A stretch of DNA of 61,729 nucleotides. Source: an uncultured Algimonas sp. (GTDB taxonomy: Bacteria; Pseudomonadota; Alphaproteobacteria; Caulobacterales; Maricaulaceae). The position numbers and the translations under genes were made by a program. Each line of letters starts with the position of its first letter. Position 1 is the first letter of the stretch. The stretch is taken from NCBI GenBank assembly GCA_964610115.1, contig CAZSUW010000004.1, forward strand, positions 1-61,729, read 5' to 3'. The notes beneath the pieces were generated by a model. That model did no database searches. It had not been told where the DNA came from and saw only the letters and a program-made list of their open reading frames with translations. Shown piece by piece: positions 29,939-39,817 of this stretch.

Positions 29939-30715
29939 TTGGCGGATATTGTCATTACATGCCCAGAGTGCGGGACCTCTTACAAAGCGGATTCGGATGC
30001 AATTGGGTCTAATGGTCGAACCGTGCGCTGCGCGAATTGCAGTGCGACGTGGTTTGTTTCTACGTCTGATGCCGAAGCTTTGCCCTCAGTCGATGAGATC
30101 GCTCTGCAAGAAGACTTAAAATCAGATGTCGTCACCGCTCTAACAGACCCGGCCGAAAGACAGGGTGCAGCAGATGTGTCGTCTATCAAGACGCCCACCC
30201 CTACCGTTGAGAGTGGGGCGACGGCTGCGGTTGGGGCAGATGTCCTGCTCCGTGATCAAACTGATGCGCTTCGGCTACGGCGTCGGAAACGAACCATTCG
30301 TCTCATCTGGATCCTTACCGCCTTGATTGCGATTGCAGCGATTATCACGGCCTATCTGAACCGACAGGATATCGTAAATCGACAGCCTGAAATGGCCTCT
30401 CTTTATAAAGCCTTCGGGATAGAGGTTCGGGCCGGCGGCCTGACGATTGAGCCGCCAATCGCAAAAACGGCCCTTGTCGAAGGTCGCCCTATCATTCGGG
30501 TTGAAGGCGCCGTCCGCAACTTGTCCCAAGACAGCGTGGATGTTCCGCTCATTGAGTTGACTTTACACGATCCGGCAGGCGTACTGCTCGTGCAGTGGTA
30601 TGTTGAACCGTCTGAGTCGCGGCTGCCGGCAAAAGGTCGTTTGCCTTTTGTGACCGAATATGCGGATCCTCCTCAGGGTGTGACCAGCCTGCGTTATCGG
30701 CTCGTCAGCTCTTAG
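29939..30715 (+). CDS. MJ0042-type zinc-ribbon / DUF3426 membrane protein
   Basis: CPECGTSY...GRTVRCANCSATW, one transmembrane segment and a periplasmic Ig-like tail; divergent from ftsE. Confidence 0.85.
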   Translation: MADIVITCPECGTSYKADSDAIGSNGRTVRCANCSATWFVSTSDAEALPSVDEIALQEDLKSDVVTALTDPAERQGAADVSSIKTPTPTVESGATAAVGADVLLRDQTDALRLRRRKRTIRLIWILTALIAIAAIITAYLNRQDIVNRQPEMASLYKAFGIEVRAGGLTIEPPIAKTALVEGRPIIRVEGAVRNLSQDSVDVPLIELTLHDPAGVLLVQWYVEPSESRLPAKGRLPFVTEYADPPQGVTSLRYRLVSS

Positions 30716-30773
30716 AAACTATAGCGACATCCTAAGCGAATTTTCGCTTCCCATTTACTGAAGAGCCAGAGAT

Positions 30774-32312
30774 ATGACGGATCATTTTGCGCCGCTTCGC
30801 AATCGCGGCAGTAACACAGCGTCGATTGTGGATCTTTTCAAAAATGAACCCGATCGGTTGAACGGCTTTGCGCATAAAGTCGGACCGTTGCGGGCTGATT
30901 TTTCCAAGCAGCGGATCAGCGCGAGCGATCTCGACGCACTGCTGGGCCTAGCAGAGGCGCGGGCCCTCAACACGTGGCGGGAAAAGCTATTTGCTGGGGA
31001 CCCTATCAACACATCGGAAAATAGGGCCGTGCTGCACACGGCTTTGCGCGGCGTTGGTGGAGGTGACTTGGCAGCGGATGTAAAGGCAATGCGAGAGCGT
31101 ATCGCGAATTTTGCCCAGGATGTCCGCTCGTCAGATCGGTTTGACGCCATTGTGCATATCGGCATTGGTGGCTCCGATTTGGGGCCGCGCCTCGTCGCGG
31201 ATGCTTTTGCCGCTACGGTCGACGCGGCGCTGGAATTGCGCTTTGCCAATAATGTGGACGGCGCCAGCGTCAACGACGCCATAGCAGGACTAGATCCGTC
31301 CCGAACGCTTGTCATCGTTGTGTCGAAGTCTTTCGGGACGCAAGAAACGAAAATGAATGCCGAGACAGTGCGGGGCTGGCTGGAAGCGGCCGGATGCAGT
31401 GCTGCGGATCATGTTCTCGCCGTTTCTGCTAACCGGGATCGGGCTATCGCTTTCGGCATTGATCCCGATAATATCTTTGATTTTTGGGACTGGGTCGGCG
31501 GGCGCTATAGCGTATGGAGTGCGGTAGGATTAAGTCTTGCTATTGCCTTCGGCCCAGAGGCTTTTGCGGACTTTCTTGACGGCGCAGCGTCCATGGACCG
31601 CCATTTCAAAGACGCTGATTTTGCTGAAAACCTGCCCGTGCTGATGGCGTTGATCGGCATATGGAACCGTAACGGGCTAGATTATACTAGCCTTGCGGTC
31701 ATTCCGTACGCCCGCCGTCTGCGCAAATTGCCGGCCTTTTTGCAGCAGCTTGAAATGGAAAGTAACGGCAAGCGCATCACACGCGACGGACAACCGGCAG
31801 GGACAACATGTCCAATCCTGTGGGGTGACGAGGGTACGAACGGGCAACATGCCTTTTTCCAATGGCTGCACCAAGGTACGCCGGGCGCGCCTGTAGATTT
31901 CGTTGCGGTTTTAGAAGATGCCGAAGGTCATCCCGATCATCACCGCGCGCTGCTGGCCAACTGTTTCGCGCAAAGTGAAGCGCTTATGGTGGGCAAGAGC
32001 GAAGAAGTCGTGCGCGCCGAAAATACGGGTCGTGACGATCTGGATAGTCTCGCGCCGCAGAAAACGTTCCCGGGCAACCGCCCGTCGACGACAATTACGC
32101 TGGACGCTTTAACACCGTCCGCCTTGGGTCATTTGATCGCCCTTTATGAGCACAAGACTTTTGTCCAAGGTGTGATCTGGGGGGTGAATAGCTTTGACCA
32201 ATGGGGTGTGGAGCTTGGTAAAGTCCTCGCCAATACAATCCTCGCCGAGTTAGAAAGCGGCGTATCCGGATCGCATGATCCGTCTACGGCGGCTCTGATG
32301 GGTCTTCTTTAG
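30774..32312 (+). CDS. pgi: Glucose-6-phosphate isomerase
   Basis: IGIGGSDLGP, DWVGGRYS, QQLEMESNGK and FDQWGVELGK. Confidence 0.97.
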   Translation: MTDHFAPLRNRGSNTASIVDLFKNEPDRLNGFAHKVGPLRADFSKQRISASDLDALLGLAEARALNTWREKLFAGDPINTSENRAVLHTALRGVGGGDLAADVKAMRERIANFAQDVRSSDRFDAIVHIGIGGSDLGPRLVADAFAATVDAALELRFANNVDGASVNDAIAGLDPSRTLVIVVSKSFGTQETKMNAETVRGWLEAAGCSAADHVLAVSANRDRAIAFGIDPDNIFDFWDWVGGRYSVWSAVGLSLAIAFGPEAFADFLDGAASMDRHFKDADFAENLPVLMALIGIWNRNGLDYTSLAVIPYARRLRKLPAFLQQLEMESNGKRITRDGQPAGTTCPILWGDEGTNGQHAFFQWLHQGTPGAPVDFVAVLEDAEGHPDHHRALLANCFAQSEALMVGKSEEVVRAENTGRDDLDSLAPQKTFPGNRPSTTITLDALTPSALGHLIALYEHKTFVQGVIWGVNSFDQWGVELGKVLANTILAELESGVSGSHDPSTAALMGLL

Positions 32313-32371
32313 GCGCGCCCATTTCAGCCGCAGCATAGACTTTTGTGTATCTGCGGCTTAGGGCGCGGCGC

Positions 32372-33850
32372 ATGGCTAAGAAGCAAAAACCCTTTCGCCC
32401 TAAGGCGCGTCGTCCTCGTGGATTTGAAGACCGCCCTGCCCATGTGTTGCGCGCCGAAAGTCAGCTGGTTGCAAAAGCCTTCGCGGTTTATGATGCGTTC
32501 GGGTTTGAGCCCCTGCAGACGCCTGCGTTTGAATATGCGGATGCGCTTGGAAAATTCCTGCCGGACGATGACCGACCCAATACAGGCGTGTTTGCGGTGC
32601 AAGATGATGACGAGCAGTGGCTTTCATTGCGCTATGACCTAACGGCGCCGCTCGCGCGCTTTGTTGCCGAACATTATGACGCTTTGCCCAAGCCATTTCG
32701 GCGCTATCAATCTGGGTCTGTCTTTCGGAACGAAAAGCCTGGTCCCGGGCGCTTTCGTGAATTCGTGCAATGCGATGCCGATACAGTGGGGGCGGGCGGC
32801 GCCGTCGCCGATGCGGAGATGATCATGCTGGCGGCGGAAATTGGTCGCGCGGCAGGTCTGCAAGACAATCAATATGCGGTGCGTGTGAATAACCGCAAAT
32901 TGCTGGACGGAATTTTGGAAAGCTCCGGCGTGCCGAACACGGAAGCGGGCGCAATACAGCGTCTACAGGTTTTACGCTCCATCGATAAGCTTGATCGCTT
33001 AGGCGCAGACGGCGTGGAAGCACTTCTCGGTGAAGGGCGCGAGGATGAATCCGGCGCTTATGTTGAGGGCGCAAAGCTCAATGCAGAAGGCATCAAAGCG
33101 GTGATGGGCTTTACAACCGCGTCTGGTTCGGATCGGCAGACAACTTTGGCGACACTTGAAAAACTAGTCGGAGGGTCGGATCGCGGCGGGCAAGGGGTTG
33201 ACGAACTTCGCCAGATTGATGCGCTCCTGAGCGCCACTGGTTTTGGCTCTGATCGCGTCAGCTTTGATACCTCAATCGTGCGCGGCCTTGGCTATTATAC
33301 GGGTCCTGTGTTTGAGTTGGAATTGCTCGCCGATATTCGGGATCGCAAAGGCCGGCCTGTCCGCATTGGCTCGATTGGTGGCGGCGGGCGTTACGACGAT
33401 CTCGTCTCCCGTTTCCGAGGTCAGCCTGTCCCCGCCACAGGTTTTTCCTTTGGTGTGTCTCGTTTTGTGAGCGCCTTAGAGCGCATGGAGGCTTTGCAAG
33501 CCGACGCGCCGCCCCCTGTCCTGATTACTGTCTTCGATAAATCTCTTCTGCCGAATTATTTTAAACTCGCTGCCGGCTTACGCGAAGATGGTATCCGCGT
33601 TGAGGTCTTTACAGGCTCAGGTAATGTCACCAAGCAGCTCAAATATGCGGATAAGCGCGGCGTGCGTTTTGCCGTCTTAATGGGCGAAGACGAAGCTCAA
33701 GGGGGCCAAGTGACGGTCAAGGACCTCGTCCTCGGTGCGGAAATGGCCAAAGCGATCGAAACGAATGAAGAGTGGAAAAGCTCGCGTCCCGCGCAAGAGA
33801 CAATCGCCAGAGACCGCCTCGCGGACTATATCAAGAAAAATTCGGCTTAA
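32372..33850 (+). CDS. hisS: Histidine-tRNA ligase
   Basis: LRYDLTAPLAR, FRNEKPGPGRFREF, RGLGYYTG and GGGRYD. Confidence 0.97.
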   Translation: MAKKQKPFRPKARRPRGFEDRPAHVLRAESQLVAKAFAVYDAFGFEPLQTPAFEYADALGKFLPDDDRPNTGVFAVQDDDEQWLSLRYDLTAPLARFVAEHYDALPKPFRRYQSGSVFRNEKPGPGRFREFVQCDADTVGAGGAVADAEMIMLAAEIGRAAGLQDNQYAVRVNNRKLLDGILESSGVPNTEAGAIQRLQVLRSIDKLDRLGADGVEALLGEGREDESGAYVEGAKLNAEGIKAVMGFTTASGSDRQTTLATLEKLVGGSDRGGQGVDELRQIDALLSATGFGSDRVSFDTSIVRGLGYYTGPVFELELLADIRDRKGRPVRIGSIGGGGRYDDLVSRFRGQPVPATGFSFGVSRFVSALERMEALQADAPPPVLITVFDKSLLPNYFKLAAGLREDGIRVEVFTGSGNVTKQLKYADKRGVRFAVLMGEDEAQGGQVTVKDLVLGAEMAKAIETNEEWKSSRPAQETIARDRLADYIKKNSA

Positions 33851-33857
33851 GCGCTAG

Positions 33858-33940
33858 AAAAGCAAAAGCCCTAGCCTTTTTCTGCACGAACCGAAGGGGG
33901 AGAAGGGTTATGTGCATCAGGCTAGGGCCGGGTTGGGGCA
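33858..33940 (-). ncRNA. Candidate sRNA: long hairpin with a C/U-rich loop and a U-tail
   Basis: GCCCUAGCCU/AGGCUAGGGC outer stem, UGCAC/GUGCA and AACC/GGUU inner stems, loop CUUCUCCCCCUUC, then UUUUGCUUUU. Confidence 0.45.
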
Positions 33941-34036
33941 AACAAGCCTTAATTGAAATACATGACGCCAAGATGACACGCGCAAGGGTTATTTGTGACA
34001 ATTCTATCGGGCTAGGCGATCTAAAATAGGGCTGCC

Positions 34037-34095
34037 AAAAAAAACGCCCCGACACAGGGGTCGGGGCAGTTCAAAGAGAGAGACCGGTTTCGGCC
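34037..34095 (-). ncRNA. Candidate sRNA with suhB/alpha-r8-like architecture and an intrinsic terminator
   Basis: CATAAT -10-like hexamer (34103-34098), a UCUCUCUCUUUGAACU tract, GCCCCGAC/GUCGGGGC stem and a U8 tail; no ORF feeds this terminator. Confidence 0.55.
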
Positions 34096-34195
34096 TGATT
34101 ATGTCTCTAAGGAAGAGGCCCTGAACCCCGTCTGAATGGCGGTTTTGTCATGTTAGGGCTTGCGATGCCGCGCATATCCGCCGACATGACATCAC

Positions 34196-34870
34196 ATGCT
34201 CGAGCTTAAAATCATTCCGGTTACGCCGTTTCAACAAAATTGCTCCCTGCTATATGTTGCGGAAACGAAAGAGGCAGTCTTCGTTGATCCGGGCGGGGAG
34301 GCGCCGCGCTTGCGCGAAGCTCTGGACACGCTGGGTCTGACTTTAAAGGAAATTTGGCTCACCCATGGCCATCTTGATCATGCGGGCGCAGCCGATGAGT
34401 TGCGCGAAGATTTGAGTGTGCCTGTGATTGGTCCGCATAAAGAGGATCAATTCTGGATGGACGGTATCACCGATCAATGGGCGCAATATGGCCACCCCGG
34501 CATGGGTCGGTCCGTCGTCCCGGATCGCTATCTGGATGACGGTGATGTGCTGAGCCTTGGCGGGGTAGAGTTTTCCGTCATCCACACGCCAGGCCACACG
34601 CCGGGTCATGTCGTGATTGCTAATCAAGATTTGAAAATTGCTTTTGTCGGCGATGTTCTTTTTGCGGGCTCAATCGGACGGACGGATTTTCCGAAGGGCA
34701 ATCACCAGCAACTGATCGATAGTATAAAGCAGAAGCTCTTCCCCTTGGGCGATGACATGCGCTTTATTCCTGGTCATGGCCCGGCCAGTACCTTTGGCCG
34801 TGAACGGCAAAGCAATCCATATGTCGGTCATAACGCAACAATGGGGCCAAACAGTTCAGGGCCGGGCTAG
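34196..34870 (+). CDS. MBL-fold metallo-hydrolase (glyoxalase II/YcbL-like)
   Basis: THGHLDH, HTPGHTPGH, GDVLFAGSIGRTD and PGHG. Confidence 0.93.
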   Translation: MLELKIIPVTPFQQNCSLLYVAETKEAVFVDPGGEAPRLREALDTLGLTLKEIWLTHGHLDHAGAADELREDLSVPVIGPHKEDQFWMDGITDQWAQYGHPGMGRSVVPDRYLDDGDVLSLGGVEFSVIHTPGHTPGHVVIANQDLKIAFVGDVLFAGSIGRTDFPKGNHQQLIDSIKQKLFPLGDDMRFIPGHGPASTFGRERQSNPYVGHNATMGPNSSGPG

Positions 34871-34875
34871 CCGGG

Positions 34876-37800
34876 CTATTCGCTGATTGTCAGATTGCGC
34901 CCGACCTGGCTTTTGATCGTTGCATTGGTATTGAAGCTGCGTGCAATATTGAACAACTCGCCACTGAGCGAAACGTCGAAGGCAAAGGGCACGCCGTAGA
35001 GGATTTCCTCATTGGTTCCGGTAAAGGCCATGCCCACCGTGACTTCACCGCCAAAGGGGCCGTCGATTTCAGCAAATAGCGCATCATATTGGAAATTTTC
35101 CAGCGCCTTAAATGCATCAGCTGCGAACTTATTCGGAACGCGGTCAACCATTTCCGGATCACTTTGAAAGCGGATGTATCCGCCGCCGGGAACTTCGAGG
35201 CGGCCCCCATCAACCCGCACATCAATACCGCGGACGATGACCGGTATAACGCCTTCTATTGTGCCGGTCGCAGAAAGGCGGCCATTGCCAATGTTTTGAA
35301 GAAACTCTCCGACTTCCACACCGGACACCCTTAAAGTAACCCTGTTTTCCGGAGCGGTGTAAGCCCAAGTAAACGGGTCAATCGTCACTTGACCCTCGCC
35401 TAGGGGCCAGGCTGCGTTGACGACTTCTACGCCGCCTTCGACGAGGGAATAGGTGAAATCACCGTTCAATAGCGGCACGCCCGGGTCGAATTGGTCCAAG
35501 GATAAAACTTGGTTCGGCGCGGATATAACGGGGAAGAGAGAGGTCAGGGCGACGGTGCCGCTCATGCCCGTAATGGGACCGGGGGCTGTACCCATATTGA
35601 TGTTTTTCATCGTGACCTGTCCTGATCCCGATAGAGGTTGCCCGCCACCAAAGTTGACGACTAAATCGGCATCAATCGGGCCTTCAACTTGTGCGATTTT
35701 CCCGCGCAGGGCTTGAACCAGATCTTGAGGTTGTAACCCGCGCGGGCGAAAACGAAGATCGCGAATATTGATATTTGCCTTACCGCGACCGTCTTGGAGC
35801 GTATAGTTCACCTCAAAGGGCTGATCTTTGGCCCGGGGTAAGTGGGTGACGGCTTTACCCGTAAAGCTGCCGCCAGCAAAATTGAGGACCCCAGTCGCAG
35901 GCATGATGGGTAGAGGAGTTTTTCCCGGCGCCGTGATGATTTTTACTTGTCCGTTAGAATACTCCAACTGGTAGTCTTCTGCCGTTCCGCGCGCCAATAA
36001 GGCCATATCGCTAATTTCATAGGATGGCGTGATGAGCGTGGAAGACGGGGCCACCATGTGAAACTTTGTTCGCTGCGTCGGCGATAATTGTATGGCGAGT
36101 GTTCCAGACGGTAGAGTTAGGTCTGTGCTTGGGACAGGAAAGTTCTCACTAATCGCCTGCATTTTCCCAAATTCTATATCCCAATTTTGCAGGCTGGGTT
36201 TTATGGTTCCAGAGAGCGAAGCCTCTGCGAGCTGGATATCAACGTCCGCCTCTCCGCTTTCTGCGCTTTCGTCACGCTGCGCCCGTACTGTAACATTCGT
36301 CAGGCGTGTGGCGACTTGCGTCGTCTCGTCCGCTTGCCGCGCAAATATCGGATCGTCGCCAATTACAGTGCCAATGAAGTGTTCCAGCGCCCATTCCGAA
36401 CTGGTCTCCAGCCGATCAAATCGAACCGGACCATCCGGTGTGTAATGTACAATCGGGCCGTCTTCAGAAAGTTGAGCGGTCATTGTCCCGCCGGCTTTCA
36501 AGCCAGTCACGACCCCGCCGGGAATGTCGCCATCATAATCGGCTATGCCTTCCAGACGAAGGGTTCGAGAGCTTTCTAATTCGTTTCGGTAATCAAAGCG
36601 CAGGTCAAGAGGTCCCATCCGTACGGCTTGATTATCCGGGCTCTCACTTCGCCAATTCCGTCGCGAGTTTAGGCGGCCAACAGCACGCCGCACGGTCTCG
36701 ACGGAAAGACCGTTTGAGGATTCTATCGAAAGCTCAAGTGGCGATAAGCTTAACGGGATCGGATGAGAGAGCTGCGCGCGTGCTTTTATGTCATAATGAT
36801 CACCGCTTGTTCGGTGTTCATAGAATGGCGAGTCTGCCTCAGTTTCCAAGGTGAGGCGGGTATTATCGCGCGTCACGATTAAAGGGGAGAGAAGTGATAC
36901 AGTCCTTTTCGTCTCTGTCACGGATAGACGCAGACGCCCGGATATATTTGCGCCGCCCAATAAGTTGTCCAAAGGTTGGGTTAAGGTTGGCGAAAAATTA
37001 CGAGCAATGGGCACGTTTTCCAGCGCGTTGGATAAAGACAAAGTTCGAGCCAGATCGCCCCGTCTCTCGGGATTAGTGATTGTCACAGATCGTAGATCCG
37101 GTGTCATCAGGGCTTCAAAGCCGCTTTGCGGGTTGAAGCGTCCGTTGAGTTCTAGGGTTTCGATCTGGCCCTCCAACCCTACTGATGACGTAAAGTTTCC
37201 GCCTGAAAGACGACCTTCTGCCGTCGCGATTTGAGAGGAGAGGTCAAAGCTTCCGACCGTTGATAGCTGGGCTTGGTGCAAATGAAATGACGGATGAGTG
37301 GCGGATAATCGCATATCGCCTGTCTCAAAACGAACCGCGTCCTCCGCTCGACTCGCGCGCAATGGACCATCAAGACTCAACTCCGCGCCTTGGTAGTTGA
37401 GAGACGAGGATTTGACATGCCCTTCAAAAGTGATGCTGTTTAAAGCTAGAATGTCGGCATCACCGCGCACTGACAGCTCGCCATAGGGGCTGCGAAGTAA
37501 GACGTCCGCCCCTCGAAGGAAAGTGCCGCGGCGTGGCAATGTCGTTTCACCGCCTGAGCCTTTCGGTATCCACGGATCGATCGGCCGCCCGTTTTCGTCT
37601 AGAGTAAAGCTCGCCTTTAGGCCCGTTAGGGAAAGCGTTTCGACTTTTCCCTCTCGCAATTCGCGCCAGTTATAGTCTGCCTTTAAACGATCGAGGCTCA
37701 AAAAGGGTTTGTCTTCATAGTGCAGGCGAACGTCGCGCAATTCTGCCTGAGTTCCGTTTGCATATTGCACGGAAAGCGTGGCTCTTATTCCACGGCTTTC

Positions 37801-37962
37801 AAGCGCACTGATAAATTGCTTTTCGATCAGGCTATAGCGCTGCGTCCAAGCCCAGAAGGCGATGGCGGCTAAGATCAGCACACAAACCAATATTGCCCAT
37901 CCCAGAAAGAACCAGACAGACCGGCGCGGTTTTGAGGTGGAGGCGGCGTCTTCGTGGGCCAT
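34876..37962 (-). CDS. YdbH-family (AsmA-like) intermembrane transport protein
   Basis: N-terminal transmembrane anchor, a long beta-rich body and C-terminal GGYIRF...ALENFQYDAL. Confidence 0.8.
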   Translation of the reverse strand: MAHEDAASTSKPRRSVWFFLGWAILVCVLILAAIAFWAWTQRYSLIEKQFISALESRGIRATLSVQYANGTQAELRDVRLHYEDKPFLSLDRLKADYNWRELREGKVETLSLTGLKASFTLDENGRPIDPWIPKGSGGETTLPRRGTFLRGADVLLRSPYGELSVRGDADILALNSITFEGHVKSSSLNYQGAELSLDGPLRASRAEDAVRFETGDMRLSATHPSFHLHQAQLSTVGSFDLSSQIATAEGRLSGGNFTSSVGLEGQIETLELNGRFNPQSGFEALMTPDLRSVTITNPERRGDLARTLSLSNALENVPIARNFSPTLTQPLDNLLGGANISGRLRLSVTETKRTVSLLSPLIVTRDNTRLTLETEADSPFYEHRTSGDHYDIKARAQLSHPIPLSLSPLELSIESSNGLSVETVRRAVGRLNSRRNWRSESPDNQAVRMGPLDLRFDYRNELESSRTLRLEGIADYDGDIPGGVVTGLKAGGTMTAQLSEDGPIVHYTPDGPVRFDRLETSSEWALEHFIGTVIGDDPIFARQADETTQVATRLTNVTVRAQRDESAESGEADVDIQLAEASLSGTIKPSLQNWDIEFGKMQAISENFPVPSTDLTLPSGTLAIQLSPTQRTKFHMVAPSSTLITPSYEISDMALLARGTAEDYQLEYSNGQVKIITAPGKTPLPIMPATGVLNFAGGSFTGKAVTHLPRAKDQPFEVNYTLQDGRGKANINIRDLRFRPRGLQPQDLVQALRGKIAQVEGPIDADLVVNFGGGQPLSGSGQVTMKNINMGTAPGPITGMSGTVALTSLFPVISAPNQVLSLDQFDPGVPLLNGDFTYSLVEGGVEVVNAAWPLGEGQVTIDPFTWAYTAPENRVTLRVSGVEVGEFLQNIGNGRLSATGTIEGVIPVIVRGIDVRVDGGRLEVPGGGYIRFQSDPEMVDRVPNKFAADAFKALENFQYDALFAEIDGPFGGEVTVGMAFTGTNEEILYGVPFAFDVSLSGELFNIARSFNTNATIKSQVGRNLTISE

Positions 37963-38261
37963 AGACGTCGCTTATGCCGAATGTGTTTATAACGTCACGT
38001 GAAAAAGAAGGGGGGATGCTGTGCCAAAGTGACAGTCTTGTCATGTGCTGACCCATTGCCTTGCGAGTCCAGCCAACTCTGTGTCATCTGTTATTCGGAT
38101 CGCGACAGACGGTAGATTGTCTGAAAGAGATCGCGATCCTTGGCGCATAGTTAACGCTTTGCGAAGAGATAGACTGGCAAAGACCGCTCAGTCATCTCGG
38201 CGCAAGGCCGGGAGAGGGTCGAGCAGTCAGTATTATGACTGGTTTTAAGGATTGACGATCT

Positions 38262-39695
38262 ATGCCGCGCACGCCTGATCATTCCGCCGATGAAGATCAG
38301 TCAGAGACGCCCCTGTCGGAGCGCTTGACGGCTGCGCTGTCTGTACGGGCAAAGGCCTTCCAAACGTTTAGTTCCACACGTGTGCCGCGCGGCAATGGTC
38401 TGAAAGCTTTAATGGCTGGCGGAGCTCTGACGCTGTCCGCCTTACTGTTTTGGCCAGGCGATCGCGGCGAAGCGGCGGCAGAGGCCTCGGCCAAACTCGC
38501 CGTGGCGACGCCAAATATTGACATCAGCCGCTTTGATATCGCCCTTGATCCTGTCTTTGCCATGCCGCCGAGAGAGATACGCTCTGTGACGTTGAAGCCC
38601 GGTGATAATCTGGGGCCGATGCTTCAGCGTGAAGGCCTGTCCGGGACAGATGCCTATCGGTTTACACAAGCCTTCTCGGAGGAGTTCTCGCCGCGTCGCC
38701 TGCGCGCGGGTCAGAGTTTCGATCTTTATTTTGACGGCGATACGCTGTCCGATGTCACGTTTAAGCCCAGCGTAGAGCGTACGGTATTCGTTACGCGTGT
38801 GGGCGAAGACTGGTCGGCCCGTTCTATTGATGCCGAATTTGATTACGAGACGTTGGCGGTTCGCGCGAACATAAGAAGCTCGCTCTATGTTGATGCGACG
38901 CGACTGGGCGCACCGGACAAAGTCGTTCAACAATTTGCGAATATCTATGAATATTCAGTCGATTTTCAACGCGATATTCAACCCGGCGATGCCTTCGAAA
39001 TGTTCTTCGAAGTCGCACGCGATCATAAGGGTGAAATCGTAAAGGCGGGTGATCTGCTTTATACGTCTTTCAGTCCGCGCGGGAAAACTTCTGATTATTG
39101 GTTGTTTGAAGACGAAAATGGCCGCCAGAATTTTTACGATGCGGCGGGCAAGACGGCGAAACGAAAGCTCCGGGCGACACCCATCAATGGGGCGCGACTC
39201 AGCTCCTCCTTTGGGCGCCGTAAACATCCTATCTTAGGCTATCGTAAAATGCATAGCGGCGTCGATTTTGCTGCGCCGACGGGAACGCCCGTCTTGGCGG
39301 CTGGCTCCGGCACAGTCGAACGGGCGAACTGGTATGGCAGCTTTGGGAAATATATCCGCATCCGTCATACGGACGGATATAAAACCGCTTACGCGCATCT
39401 GAACGGTTTCGCGCGAGGCATAAAAGCCGGTGCCTATGTCACGCAGGACCAAGTGATCGGATATGTCGGGACAACAGGCCGCAGCACGGGGCCGCATTTG
39501 CACTATGAAGTCCATCATCACGGTAAGAAAATTAATCCGCGTCGCTTGTCGCAACTCTCCGGTAAGCCCCTTGCGAAAAGTCGTATGGCCGATTTTGCGG
39601 CGCGACGGGCCGAGATTGAAACAATGCGTTCGACAAGCCCTGTGGTTGAGGCGCAGCCTAGTGCCACAGTTATGACAGCTGCCTTACCGCGATAG
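38262..39695 (+). CDS. M23-family peptidoglycan endopeptidase (MepM-like)
   Basis: SSSFGRRKHPILG, HSGVDF, YAHL and STGPHLHYEV. Confidence 0.93.
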   Translation: MPRTPDHSADEDQSETPLSERLTAALSVRAKAFQTFSSTRVPRGNGLKALMAGGALTLSALLFWPGDRGEAAAEASAKLAVATPNIDISRFDIALDPVFAMPPREIRSVTLKPGDNLGPMLQREGLSGTDAYRFTQAFSEEFSPRRLRAGQSFDLYFDGDTLSDVTFKPSVERTVFVTRVGEDWSARSIDAEFDYETLAVRANIRSSLYVDATRLGAPDKVVQQFANIYEYSVDFQRDIQPGDAFEMFFEVARDHKGEIVKAGDLLYTSFSPRGKTSDYWLFEDENGRQNFYDAAGKTAKRKLRATPINGARLSSSFGRRKHPILGYRKMHSGVDFAAPTGTPVLAAGSGTVERANWYGSFGKYIRIRHTDGYKTAYAHLNGFARGIKAGAYVTQDQVIGYVGTTGRSTGPHLHYEVHHHGKKINPRRLSQLSGKPLAKSRMADFAARRAEIETMRSTSPVVEAQPSATVMTAALPR

Positions 39696-39817
39696 CGTCG
39701 GTAGGTGCGTGCCTTGTTTACGCCTCTGCGCGCGACCCGCTTAATTCGCTTGCGAGCTGAATTCATTATCGTGTATTGATTAGTTAATTCTTCCAATTCA
39801 ACGGATGATTTGATCCT

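Noticed and set aside
37991-38006. parS-like AACGTCACGTGAAAAA
   Set aside because: Only one arm matches; there are five mismatches to the 16-bp consensus.
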